Shown piece by piece: positions 7,692-17,416 of a DNA stretch of 64,000 nucleotides. The DNA lies in contig JAHFOO010000001.1 of NCBI GenBank assembly GCA_023261645.1, forward strand, positions 3,871-67,870. The letters are read 5' to 3'. The stretch is from Candidatus Moraniibacteriota bacterium (GTDB taxonomy: Bacteria; Patescibacteriota; Minisyncoccia; Moranbacterales; UBA1568). Each line of letters opens with the position of its first letter. The stretch's first letter is position 1. Both the position numbers and the translations under genes were made by a program. The notes under the pieces are model-generated. The model saw nothing but the letters and a program-made list of their open reading frames with translations, was not told the DNA's origin and made no database searches.

Positions 7692-10304
7692 TCATATTTC
7701 TCCCCAGTTCTTCCCGATAGCGGTTTCAGCAATGAGTGGCACGTGAAGAGGGTAAGCCTCTTCCATCGTTTTTTTCACCGCTTGTGAAAATATTTCCGAT
7801 TGGTCTGCTCTCACTTCACAGATGAGTTCATCGTGTACTTGAAGCACCATCTTCACGCTCTCTTTGAAATCTCTTTCGATCAACTTTGCTACGGCAAGCA
7901 TTGAGAGCTTCATAATATCCGCTGCCAATCCTTGAATAGGCATATTGATAGCCATCCGTTCCGCGGAACGGGCCACCTGCACGTTACTGCTTGTTATTTC
8001 CGGAGTGTACCGACGCCGACCGAGTTCTGTTTCGACGAATCCTTTCTCACGGGCACCCTGTTTCATTTCTTCGATGAATTTTGTGACGCCGGCGAATTTT
8101 TTGAAGTACGCAACGATGAATTGCGCGGCGATGTTCTGATCGATTTTTGCGGCCTGTGCCAAACCATACGCCCCCATACCATACATAATACCAAAATTGA
8201 ACACTTTGGCCTGACGACGCATATCAGGTGTCACTGCTTCCGGTTTGACTTTGAAAACCACTGAGGCTGTTTTGGTATGGACATCCTCTTTATTCTTGAA
8301 TGACTTTGTCAGCGAGGCGTCTCCGCTCAGATGAGCCATAACGCGGAGCTCGATCTGAGAATAATCCGCTCCGACAAAAACGTATCCTGGTGTAGATTCA
8401 AACGATCCTCGCACCAGGACACTCCATTCTCCTCTCGCGGGAATATTCTGCAAATTCGGATCAGCCGAAGAGAGTCGTCCGGTAGAGGCTACTGCCTGAT
8501 AGTATGTGGTATGCAAACGTGAATGAGCGTCTACGAGAAGCGGGAGCGCATCGATATAGGTTGTCTTCAATTTGAACAACTCACGATAGCTTTCGATTTT
8601 CTGAATGATGGGGTATTCCTGTAATTTCTGTAATTCGAGGGAGGCAGTCGAAATACCTGTTTTTGTTTTTTTGATATTCGCCGTCGGTATCTGCAGATCT
8701 TGGAACAGAATTTCTGACAATTGTTTCGGAGAATTGATATTGAATTCACGACCAGAGAGTGTGTAGATATCTTTTTCCAATATGCCGAGTTCTTGTGCCA
8801 GTTTGACTGAAAGTGTCTGAAATTTCTCAGTATTCAAGATAACACCTTGCTCTTCCATATTGTACAGAATCGAAACAAGGGGCATCTCTATCTGTTCCAA
8901 TATAGTACGGAGTGTCTTTCCTTTCGTTTGTGTTTTGCTCACCTCATCGATTCGTGTCTCAAATATTTTTCGCAAAACAATGATCTTCTGTGCCGGCATC
9001 ACTATTTCTTCCTCACCGCATTCCTCGAGAATGATGTACGGAAAATCGACATTGCCACCGGAATTGAGGAGATAGGCTGCGAGCATCACATCAAATGTTA
9101 TTCCACGAAAAACGATTCCTTCTTTTTTGAAAAGATGAAGCAAACTTTTTCCATCATACACGATCTTTTTTCTCGCCTCGTCTTCCAAAAATTCTTTCAA
9201 AAACTTTTTTGTTTCTTCACTCCAAACGACGGTCGATTCCTCGTGGTCGTCTACTGCTATATGAATCATCTCTATCCCAACGCCAAAGAGTGTTCCTTCT
9301 CCCTGCTTTACATACACAGAAACCTCTTCTACTCCTCCTACAAATTTTTCTAGTTCTTCTTTTGTTGTTATCTTCTTTGTTTTTTGTTTACCGCTTTTTG
9401 TTTGTTGTTTATTGTTCTCTGTTAATTGTTGACTGTTATCTGAAATTCGCTTGATCAAGCTGAAAAAACTGAGTTCTTGGAAAAGATTCGTTACCATTTT
9501 TCGGTCGAAATCCTTCGTCACACAAGCTGGGAGATCGAGTGTCACTGGTGTCTCAAGGTGGATGGTTCCGAGCTCTTTGGAAAGAAAAGCTTGCTCTTTG
9601 TCCGTCTCCAATTTTTTCCGAACAGATTCTTTTATCTCGGAAAGGTGTTCGTAGATATTTTCGAGCGTGGAAAAAGACTGGAGCAAGGTCGTCGCTGTCT
9701 TGGCGCCGATACCCGTCACACCAGGAATGTTGTCCGATGCGTCACCGGCCAGTCCTTTGTAATCCGGAATCTGCGTCGCTCCAAATCCATATTTTTCTGT
9801 CACTGCTTTCTCATCATAGAGGACGATGTCTTTGATGCCCTTCCGGAGCATAAATACTTTCACCATCGGCGTCACGAGCTGAAGCTCGTCGCTATCGCCT
9901 GTCACGATGATCACCTGGACGTTTTCTTTTTCTGCCTGACGCGCCAGCGTGCCGATACAGTCATCGGCTTCAAAACCTGCCTGTTCGTAAATCGGGATAT
10001 TGAACGCAGCCGTCATTTCTTTCACTCGTGAAATCTGTGCATAGAGGTCATCAGGGGCCTTCACTCGTGTCGCTTTGTAGTCTGCAGATTTCTCGTGGCG
10101 GAACGTCGGACCGGCCAGATCGAAACTCGCCGCAATATATTCCGGTTTGAATTTATCCAGGACAGACAGAAGGGTCAATGTAAATCCGTACACCGCGTTC
10201 ACGAGCTCCCCCTTCTTGGTCGTGAGCGGAGGCAGAGCGTGATACGCCCGGTGGATGAGCGCATTCCCGTCAATCAGCACGATGGTTTTGAGTTTCTTTT
10301 CCAT
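7692..10304 (-). CDS. polA: DNA polymerase I
   Basis: N-terminal 5'-3' exonuclease (IVLIDGNALIHRAYHA), a central 3'-5' exo-like region and a C-terminal polymerase domain (DYSQIELRVMAHLSGD, QVHDELI). 870 aa. Confidence 0.9.
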   Translation of the reverse strand: MEKKLKTIVLIDGNALIHRAYHALPPLTTKKGELVNAVYGFTLTLLSVLDKFKPEYIAASFDLAGPTFRHEKSADYKATRVKAPDDLYAQISRVKEMTAAFNIPIYEQAGFEADDCIGTLARQAEKENVQVIIVTGDSDELQLVTPMVKVFMLRKGIKDIVLYDEKAVTEKYGFGATQIPDYKGLAGDASDNIPGVTGIGAKTATTLLQSFSTLENIYEHLSEIKESVRKKLETDKEQAFLSKELGTIHLETPVTLDLPACVTKDFDRKMVTNLFQELSFFSLIKRISDNSQQLTENNKQQTKSGKQKTKKITTKEELEKFVGGVEEVSVYVKQGEGTLFGVGIEMIHIAVDDHEESTVVWSEETKKFLKEFLEDEARKKIVYDGKSLLHLFKKEGIVFRGITFDVMLAAYLLNSGGNVDFPYIILEECGEEEIVMPAQKIIVLRKIFETRIDEVSKTQTKGKTLRTILEQIEMPLVSILYNMEEQGVILNTEKFQTLSVKLAQELGILEKDIYTLSGREFNINSPKQLSEILFQDLQIPTANIKKTKTGISTASLELQKLQEYPIIQKIESYRELFKLKTTYIDALPLLVDAHSRLHTTYYQAVASTGRLSSADPNLQNIPARGEWSVLVRGSFESTPGYVFVGADYSQIELRVMAHLSGDASLTKSFKNKEDVHTKTASVVFKVKPEAVTPDMRRQAKVFNFGIMYGMGAYGLAQAAKIDQNIAAQFIVAYFKKFAGVTKFIEEMKQGAREKGFVETELGRRRYTPEITSSNVQVARSAERMAINMPIQGLAADIMKLSMLAVAKLIERDFKESVKMVLQVHDELICEVRADQSEIFSQAVKKTMEEAYPLHVPLIAETAIGKNWGEI

Positions 10305-10342
10305 ATGTAGAGTATACTTCTGTCCCTCAAGAAAGGCAAAAA

Positions 10343-10804
10343 CTAGAAAGAGGTGACTTTTATTTCTCTCTCATTTTCACTCACACTTTTGAAATGTATC
10401 TCTGTTCTTTTTGCTGGGAGCAGGTCTGCCACGCGCTCGGGCCATTCGAGGATGACAATGCCTTTTTTGTCTTCGCACCATTCAGAAAATCCGATCGTTT
10501 CGAAATCTTTCGTTTCCACGCGATAGGCATCGACGTGATAAATACGCTCAATGCCGCTTACAGGCTTCAATAAATCATACTGTTTCATAATGACGAACGT
10601 CGGACTCACAAAAGGACGCTCTGCTCCAATGCCTTCTAAAAAGCCTTGAGTAAAGGTTGTTTTCCCCGCCCCCAAATCACCAAAGAGACAGAGAAGTGTT
10701 CCTGGTATGATTTCTCCTGTCAGCTCTCCCCCGAGGACTCGGGTTTCTTCAGCTGATTGTGTTGTATAAACATTGTTCATATTCATTCTTTTCTTGATAC
10801 CCAT
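10343..10804 (-). CDS. tsaE: tRNA threonylcarbamoyladenosine biosynthesis protein TsaE
   Basis: P-loop LFGDLGAGKTTFTQGF with the YjeE/TsaE layout. The start was moved to an internal Met (MGIKKRMNMNN). Confidence 0.8.
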   Translation of the reverse strand: MGIKKRMNMNNVYTTQSAEETRVLGGELTGEIIPGTLLCLFGDLGAGKTTFTQGFLEGIGAERPFVSPTFVIMKQYDLLKPVSGIERIYHVDAYRVETKDFETIGFSEWCEDKKGIVILEWPERVADLLPAKRTEIHFKSVSENEREIKVTSF

Positions 10805-10886
10805 CATACATTCTCTATAGCACAAATTACGGTCGGAAAGCTAGTAAGAATGAATCGAAAGGGAAAATAAAGCGTTCTTTCGTACG

Positions 10887-10915
10887 TTGACTTTTCCGTT
10901 TTTTTAGTGTATACT
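10887..10915 (+). promoter_or_regulatory. Strong sigma-70-like promoter (TTGACT, 17 nt, TATACT)
   Basis: TTGACTtttccgtttttttagtgTATACT lies in a 650-bp intergenic region and points toward the small ORF at 11208 and the DHH gene. Confidence 0.35.
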
Positions 10916-11207
10916 CGTATGGTACTTGGGTGAGCAAAAACAAAAAATTTAATCAGAGATATTTTCGTTCGTCTTCAATAATTTGGAGCAGAAAAAATAT
11001 TTTATTCTTCAATAAGGTATTTTTTTATTCCCAAACCATGCCTCTTGGCACATAGGGAAAGAGATGAAATGGGCAAGTATTCCCATTTCACCTCCTCGTC
11101 GACAGACACAACACAAAAAAATTCGGGTTTATTGCCGGTTGTTTTTAAATTTCTAAATTTTGAACTTATTTCAAAAATAATTTTTAGAATGAGCTCTATA
11201 AAATAGT

Positions 11208-11357
11208 ATGACAAAATTCGAAATGATCAAGCAATTAGAGTATCTCGTTGCATTCCAATCAGATTGTTTGCAGAAAGGTGAATGGGAGGTTTTTGATCAT
11301 ATTGAAGATAGTATCAAAAAATTAGAGATGGGAATCCTCTTGCCACTTGCTGATTAA
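11208..11357 (+). CDS. Possible small protein (49 aa)
   Basis: ATG...TAA ORF translating MTKFEMIKQLEYLVAFQSDCLQKGEWEVFDHIEDSIKKLEMGILLPLAD. No Shine-Dalgarno sequence and no homology recognised. Confidence 0.2.
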   Translation: MTKFEMIKQLEYLVAFQSDCLQKGEWEVFDHIEDSIKKLEMGILLPLAD

Positions 11358-11563
11358 AACACTGCTGACAAACCAAACAACTCTTCTTTTTTTTATTTTT
11401 AAAGCTCTCTTGTTTTTTAAAAAAGTTCCCTTATTCTAGGGAAAAAAGAACTCTTTCACAAGAAAAGAACTATTTGACATATGTTTTTTTCTTTGCTACG
11501 GTGGACTATCAATCTTTTCCGCCGATAAGCGGGCCAGCCTTGATTCGGATTCATTTCATACAC

Positions 11564-12721
11564 ACTATGTCACTCACTCTTTCTCAGCAGTTTCAAGACC
11601 TCTTGAAAAAAACAGTTTCTCCTCTCATCATCCTTCCTACCTACCCGAGCCGTGATGCGCTGGCAAGCGCCTTCGCTCTGGCTCTCTTTCTCAAAAACAA
11701 CGGGAAAACAGTGACCCTGGCGAGCGAGCATATCGACATCCACAAAGAAATACTTTCTTTCCTCGAGCAGCCGGAGAACATCATCACTTCCATCGCCGGA
11801 GCACGAGACTTCGTTCTCGCCTTCAATACATCGCGCAACAAAATACTCAGCGTCCGGACAGAAAATGCTCCCGACGAAGTCCGTATCTATCTCACGCCGG
11901 AAAATGGTTCCATCGATCCGCGAGACTTCTCTTTCATTCCGGCCAAATTCAAATTCGATCTGGCCATCGTCATCGGTAGCCCGGACAAGGAACATTTGGG
12001 GAAAATCTATGAAGAAAATCCGGATATTTTTTATGAAATCCCTATTGTCAATATCGATAATCACCCCGAGAATGAATTATTCGGTCAGATAAATCTCGTC
12101 GACATCACTGCTTCTTCCAATGCCGAGATCCTCGCTGAAACATTGGAACCTGCTGACTCGAAATTCTTCACGGAAGCCGTCAGCGAAAGTCTCCTCGCCG
12201 GTATCATTTCCGCTACGGAGAGTTTCCAAAAACGCAACACTACGCCGAAAGCGCTCAAACTCGCCTCACGCCTGATGGACAAAGGAGCTGATCAGCAGAA
12301 GATCGTCCGCTTCCTCTACAAGACACAACCGCTCCATCTCCTCAAGCTCTGGGGACGAGTGATGGCGCAGGTGAAATGGAATGAGGAATTGAAACTCATC
12401 TGGGCTTTCGTCACGATCGAAGACCTCGTCCAGGCACGTGCTCGTGTGGAAGATCTGCCTGATGTATTGGAGAAAATCAAAAGCAATTACTCGAGCGCTC
12501 AGCTCTATATGGTTCTGTATCTGGAAACGAATGTCCTGGTACGCGGTGTCGTCAAAGCGCATTCGAGCGAGGCTCTCGCTCTTTTTGCCGAGCGATTCAA
12601 AGAAGGAACATTGCAAGGCGATACATTCTCTTTCGCTCTTTCCGTTACTACGCCTGAAGAAGCGAGTGACATCGTCATCAATCGATTACAAGATACACTT
12701 GTCCGCACAGAAAATCTGTAG
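11564..12721 (+). CDS. DHH/DHHA1-family phosphoesterase paralogue (NrnA-like) with degenerate catalytic motifs
   Basis: NrnA-like layout, but motif I PSRDALASAFAL replaces the canonical DxD-containing PDGDALGS, and motif III IDNHP replaces IDHHP. Start taken at MSLTLSQQ; the track start at 11474 adds an implausible N-terminus. Confidence 0.55.
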   Translation, partial: TMSLTLSQQFQDLLKKTVSPLIILPTYPSRDALASAFALALFLKNNGKTVTLASEHIDIHKEILSFLEQPENIITSIAGARDFVLAFNTSRNKILSVRTENAPDEVRIYLTPENGSIDPRDFSFIPAKFKFDLAIVIGSPDKEHLGKIYEENPDIFYEIPIVNIDNHPENELFGQINLVDITASSNAEILAETLEPADSKFFTEAVSESLLAGIISATESFQKRNTTPKALKLASRLMDKGADQQKIVRFLYKTQPLHLLKLWGRVMAQVKWNEELKLIWAFVTIEDLVQARARVEDLPDVLEKIKSNYSSAQLYMVLYLETNVLVRGVVKAHSSEALALFAERFKEGTLQGDTFSFALSVTTPEEASDIVINRLQDTLVRTENL

Positions 12722-12846
12722 ATGAAAAAATTCACACACTCCTCTCGCTTTTCGAGGGGATTTTTTTTGCTTTTCTCTCCGTTTTTGAGGTACAATAGCA
12801 ATGATACATTCGGGATGAGAGTACACTTGATACAAAAACAAACACT

Positions 12847-15800
12847 ATGCCAAACGTCATTCATAAAAATACATCTCTCCATTCCGAAAAGGATGAACAG
12901 TCCCAATCGATTCTGAAAAAAATGCGTGATGTTTCGATTGAAGAGCACGCCTCTCGTCTGGCGAATGAAAGCGGGCTCCCCTATGCCGATCTTCACGTCT
13001 TTCCACTCAGTACCGAAGATGTTATTCTCGTCCCAGAAACAGACGCAAAAAAATTCGGTCTTGTTCTCTTCAGTAAACAAAATACCTCGGCTCGATTCGC
13101 CATCCTTGATCCTGCTCGAACCGAGACACTGCAGTTCATAAAGAATTTTTCTGACGAGCACGGATGGCAGGGAGAGATATATGTCGTTTCACAATCATCA
13201 CTCGACCATGCTTGGAAAGCGTATTCCAAACGAACCTTCATTGATAATCTCGATCTCGTTCGTGTCTCTCTTGGAGATGCTGACTTGGAAAAATTCGAAA
13301 AAGATTTCAGCGAACTCATTTCGTTGAAAAGTATCCATACAGCCAATACCTCGCGGGCGATGGAAATCATCCTGGCTGGTGCGAGAAAGCTCCGTTCGAG
13401 TGATGTTCACCTCGAGCCAGCAGAAGATTTTGTCCGTCTCCGTTACCGTATCGATGGCGTTCTGCAAGAAATAGGCAATCTCCCATTGGAGCGATACCAT
13501 CTGATGCTTTCTCGTATCAAAATGATCGCAAAAATGCGACTGAATGTTCGAAAAGTGGCTCAAGACGGTCATTTTTTCGTAAACCTTGAGAATAGGCGTA
13601 TAGACGTCCGTGTCAGCAGTATTCCTGGTAAATTCGGTGAAAACATCAATATGCGCCTCCTCTCTGGAGATGATGTCATCGTCGATGTCACCGCTCTTGG
13701 TCTCCGTGGTCTCGCCTATGATGAAGTGACCAAACAAATCACCAAACCGAACGGCCTCATATTGAATACCGGACCGACCGGCTCCGGAAAAACGACGACA
13801 CTCTATACGCTTCTCAATCATATCAACCAGCCTGATATAAAAGTCATCACCATCGAAGACCCAATCGAGTATACGATTCCGGGTATCGTTCAGACAGAAG
13901 TTTCCAAAAATAAAGATTACACGTTTGCGACAGCCCTCCGAGCCGTTGTTCGTCAAGATCCCGATATCATCTTGGTCGGAGAAATCCGTGATGACGAGAC
14001 AGCTGACATCACCGTCAATGCCGCACTGACTGGGCACCTGGTATTTTCGACCGTACACGCCAACAGTGCTGCTGCTGCTATCCCTCGTTTTATGGAACTC
14101 GGGGTAAAGCCGTCTCTTCTTTCTGCCTCACTCAATGTACTCATCGGACAACGCTTGGTTCGTGTTCTGTGCGAGTACTGCAAAGAATCCTACGAGCCGG
14201 CACACGAAACCATCGAATCCATTTTAAAACTCATCACCATCATTTCTCCGAAAGCAAAAATTTCTCTGCCTCAAAAGGTGACAGTTCTTTACAAATCGGT
14301 TGGTTGTGCGAAATGTCATTTCACAGGCTACCACGGACGAATCGGTATTTTTGAGGTGCTGACAATGACGAAAGATGTGACGGAAATAATAAACAATATG
14401 GGTACCGAACAGGAGATTCTTCGAACCGCTCTGGAAAATGGGATGGTGACGATGACACAGGACGGTATACTCAAAGCGCTCGACGGAATAACGACACTTG
14501 ATGAAGTATGGAGAGTTGCAGATCAGACAGAATCGCTTCGCACTATTTATGCCGAACTCATGCCAAGCGAACTTTCCCGTTCCACGTATATCACCGAAGA
14601 GATTTTTGAAAATACAAAGAAAAAAGTCTCCTCTCTCAAAGAGTTCACCGAATACATAAACGCAATCAATTCTCGATTGCGCATCCCGACGCTTTTTGCG
14701 GGAGCTATTCTGATGAAGGCCGCAGATATCCACATCGAACCAACAGGTGATACGGTAGATGTCCGTTTCCGTATCGACGGTATCCTCCAGACAGCAGTGA
14801 CTTTTCCTCTTACCGACTATCCCGTCCTTGTCGCAGAAATCAAGCTTGCTGCCGGACTCAAGTCAGGCGAACGCTCTGGAACAATCGATGGACGCTTCTC
14901 TCTTACATTCGAGAAGGAACTTCCCGACAAGACGAAGAAGATAGATATTCGACTTTCTATCATTCTTGGTGGCTTTGGAGAAACAATCGTGATGCGACTC
15001 CTCAACCAATCCATCGTCAAACTCGATCTCGATTCGCTCCATATCCGCAAACAAAATCTCGAGAATATCTATACAGCTATCAGCAAACCGCATGGCGTCA
15101 TCCTGAACACCGGCCCGACCGGCTCCGGAAAAACGACGACACTTTATAGTATTCTCTCAAAGCTCAACACTCCAGAAGTGAAAATCATTACTGTCGAAGA
15201 TCCGATAGAATATCAGATCCCCGGCATCCTCCAGACACAGACCAAAGAGAGTGAAAATTATACGTTTGCGACCGCACTACGTTCTCTTGTGCGCCAGAAT
15301 CCGAATATTCTTATGATTGGAGAAATCCGTGATGATGAAACTGCAAAGATGGCTATCCAAGCAGCCAGTACCGGACACCTGGTCCTCTCAACGCTCCATA
15401 CCAATTCGGCTGCCGGTGTCATCTCTCGTCTGAATGCTATGGGTGTGAGCAATGATGACATCGCCAATACCGGGAATCTTTTTATGGCACAACGATTGGT
15501 CCGGAAAGTATGTGAGCACTGCAAAAAATTTCTGCCACCGACAGAAGCAGAGAAAGAAATCATCGAAAAAACACTCAGTTCGATGCCGTCATCAAAAGAA
15601 CAGGAGATGCTTCTAAAAAATATCACTCTCCCTCATACGAACGGTTGCCCTTTTTGTGGTGGTACAGGCTTCTCAGGACAACTGGCAATCACCGAAACAC
15701 TTCTCATAGACAAGGACATCTCAGCACTTATCGCACAGGGAGCTCTTACAGGCGAGATTGAAGAAAAGGCTATAGAACTCGGAATGATTACGCTGACCCA

Positions 15801-15870
15801 AGACGGTATCCTCTCCGTACTTGAAGGAGACACAACTCTCGATGAAGTACGACGCGTGACAGATTTGTAG
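12847..15870 (+). CDS. pilB: Tandem-duplicated (fused) type II/IV secretion ATPase of the PilB/GspE family
   Basis: Two complete ATPase modules in one 1007-aa ORF. Module 1 has GLILNTGPTGSGKTTTLY, ILVGEIRDDETA, TGHLVFSTVHAN and CEYC...CAKC. Module 2 has GVILNTGPTGSGKTTTLY, LMIGEIRDDETA, TGHLVLSTLHTN and CEHC...CPFC. An N-terminal GspE-N-like domain is present. No stop or frameshift separates the halves. Confidence 0.8.
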   Translation: MPNVIHKNTSLHSEKDEQSQSILKKMRDVSIEEHASRLANESGLPYADLHVFPLSTEDVILVPETDAKKFGLVLFSKQNTSARFAILDPARTETLQFIKNFSDEHGWQGEIYVVSQSSLDHAWKAYSKRTFIDNLDLVRVSLGDADLEKFEKDFSELISLKSIHTANTSRAMEIILAGARKLRSSDVHLEPAEDFVRLRYRIDGVLQEIGNLPLERYHLMLSRIKMIAKMRLNVRKVAQDGHFFVNLENRRIDVRVSSIPGKFGENINMRLLSGDDVIVDVTALGLRGLAYDEVTKQITKPNGLILNTGPTGSGKTTTLYTLLNHINQPDIKVITIEDPIEYTIPGIVQTEVSKNKDYTFATALRAVVRQDPDIILVGEIRDDETADITVNAALTGHLVFSTVHANSAAAAIPRFMELGVKPSLLSASLNVLIGQRLVRVLCEYCKESYEPAHETIESILKLITIISPKAKISLPQKVTVLYKSVGCAKCHFTGYHGRIGIFEVLTMTKDVTEIINNMGTEQEILRTALENGMVTMTQDGILKALDGITTLDEVWRVADQTESLRTIYAELMPSELSRSTYITEEIFENTKKKVSSLKEFTEYINAINSRLRIPTLFAGAILMKAADIHIEPTGDTVDVRFRIDGILQTAVTFPLTDYPVLVAEIKLAAGLKSGERSGTIDGRFSLTFEKELPDKTKKIDIRLSIILGGFGETIVMRLLNQSIVKLDLDSLHIRKQNLENIYTAISKPHGVILNTGPTGSGKTTTLYSILSKLNTPEVKIITVEDPIEYQIPGILQTQTKESENYTFATALRSLVRQNPNILMIGEIRDDETAKMAIQAASTGHLVLSTLHTNSAAGVISRLNAMGVSNDDIANTGNLFMAQRLVRKVCEHCKKFLPPTEAEKEIIEKTLSSMPSSKEQEMLLKNITLPHTNGCPFCGGTGFSGQLAITETLLIDKDISALIAQGALTGEIEEKAIELGMITLTQDGILSVLEGDTTLDEVRRVTDL

Positions 15871-15885
15871 AAAAAGGAAACAAAA

Positions 15886-15918
15886 AAGACCCGAGACTTA
15901 TCAAAGGGTCTTTTTTAT
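15886..15918 (+). terminator. Rho-independent terminator after the PilB fusion
   Basis: AAGACCC / GGGTCTT stem followed by TTTTTT. Confidence 0.5.
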
Positions 15919-16263
15919 TTCGCCAAGTAAAAACTGTTTAAACTGTAGACAAACCTCAAGCATAGGAGTCTGAGGAAAGGAAAAGTGTCGAGGTATAGCG
16001 CAGCCGAAACCACCCTACCCGGATCTGGACTGACAGTTCCGCGATTGAGGACAAAAGATAGTAATCCCCAATTGTCTACAGATGAAACAGTCCCCGCTCA
16101 TATCGCTTCGTGTGATGTTGCGAACGAGCCGAGAAACTAGAATTCTTTGTTAAGCGAAATGTCATATTAGCATAGCTTTATTCTTTTGTCAACCCGTGTT
16201 ACAATACAGAGGTATAATCTCACTTCTTCCCTTTATTAAGCCCTCTTCAGACCATTCAAACGT

Positions 16264-17277
16264 ATGCTCACAACAGCCACTTCCGACATCCTTGATGAGA
16301 AAAACTTCGATAATACCTTGCGTCCACAGTATTTCGCTGAATATGTCGGCCAGGAAAAAATCAAACGCCATCTCGATATATTCATTCAAGCGGCCAAAAA
16401 ACGGGAAGAAAGTATCGACCACATCCTCCTCTACGGCCCGGCCGGTCTCGGGAAGACAACGCTGGCTCACATTATCGCCAAAGAAATGGGAGTGAATATC
16501 AAGATCACTTCCGGTCCCGCCATCGAAAAAGTAGGTGATCTGGGTTCCATCCTCACCAATCTCGATGATGGCGATGTACTCTTCATCGATGAAATTCATC
16601 GTCTCAACAAAATGATCGAGGAAGTCCTCTATCCTGCGATGGAAGACTACAAACTCGATATCATCATCGGCAAAGGTCCGGCAGCACGTACTATCCAACT
16701 TGATTTGCCTCATTTCACTCTCATCGGCGCCACCACCCGACTCGGTTCGCTTTCCAATCCTCTCCGCAACCGTTTCGGTTCGACGCATCGTCTGGAATTT
16801 TACACACCGGAAGAAATCGAAAAAATTGTCAGACGGTCTTCCAGTATCTTGAGTATCGGTCTCGATGAAGAAGGCGCAAAAGAAATCGCTCAGTCGAGCC
16901 GTCAAACGCCTCGTGTTGCCAACCGTATTTTGAAACGTGTCCGCGATTACGCTCAAACGAAAGACTTTCCTACCATCACTGGCGATATCGCTCGTGAAGC
17001 CCTTCATCTCTATGAAATAGATCATCTCGGTCTCGAGCCGACCGATCGTCATATTCTCGAAACTATCATCAGAAAATTCAAGGGCGGTCCTGCTGGCCTC
17101 CAAGCGATCTCCAGTGTTACCGGTGAAGAAATACAGACTATCGAAGACGTTGTCGAACCGTACCTTCTACAGCTCGGGTTTCTTGCGCGTACTCCCCGCG
17201 GTCGTGTCGTCACTCCTGAGGGCTATAAGCACCTTGACATCCATATGCCAGCCGATCATCAAGACAAGCTTTTATAG
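16264..17277 (+). CDS. ruvB: Holliday junction DNA helicase RuvB
   Basis: [16 protein letters not shown], Walker [14 protein letters not shown] and DEIHRL. Full RuvB architecture. Confidence 0.9.
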   Translation: MLTTATSDILDEKNFDNTLRPQYFAEYVGQEKIKRHLDIFIQAAKKREESIDHILLYGPAGLGKTTLAHIIAKEMGVNIKITSGPAIEKVGDLGSILTNLDDGDVLFIDEIHRLNKMIEEVLYPAMEDYKLDIIIGKGPAARTIQLDLPHFTLIGATTRLGSLSNPLRNRFGSTHRLEFYTPEEIEKIVRRSSSILSIGLDEEGAKEIAQSSRQTPRVANRILKRVRDYAQTKDFPTITGDIAREALHLYEIDHLGLEPTDRHILETIIRKFKGGPAGLQAISSVTGEEIQTIEDVVEPYLLQLGFLARTPRGRVVTPEGYKHLDIHMPADHQDKLL

Positions 17278-17416
17278 AAGAACCTCCTTTTCTCAGACAG
17301 AGGTTTTTGATTTTTTCACTCTGATGATACAATATGAGCATCCATTCTCTTTTTCGCTCAATCATCTATTGAGAACGTATCGGGCGTGTTATTTCATTCA
17401 TTTTGCAAAAAATCCT

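Noticed and set aside
9420-9450. Shared TGTT(A/G)-rich 25-nt segment between the polA linker region and the ruvC upstream region (19027-19056)
   Set aside because: Both are low-complexity pentamer runs (CTGTT, TGTTA, TGTTG). The polA copy encodes a Gln/Lys-rich linker. Similarity is at the level of simple-sequence coincidence and has no LexA-box features.
13198-14058. Long antisense ORFs opposite strong genes (13198..14058, 16189..17103, 37032..37826, 40011..40604, 57991..58932, 61195..61800, 62464..63003)
   Set aside because: These are shadow ORFs on the strand opposite confidently identified genes (pilB, ruvB, rpsA, ftsH, nrdA, nrdB). They have skewed composition and no homology signal.
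12847-15870. Assembly artefact (collapsed duplicate) explaining the double-length PilB
   Set aside because: The two halves are clearly diverged, at about 70% identity in the core and less elsewhere. They are joined by unique linker sequence in one continuous frame, which is inconsistent with a mis-assembled perfect repeat.
15919-16263. RNase P RNA, SRP RNA or tmRNA in the ruvB upstream region
   Set aside because: None of the conserved motifs (RNase P CR-I/II/V, the SRP GGAAG/AGCA helix-8 loop, a tRNA-like tmRNA end) are present. Kept only as a low-confidence structured-RNA candidate.
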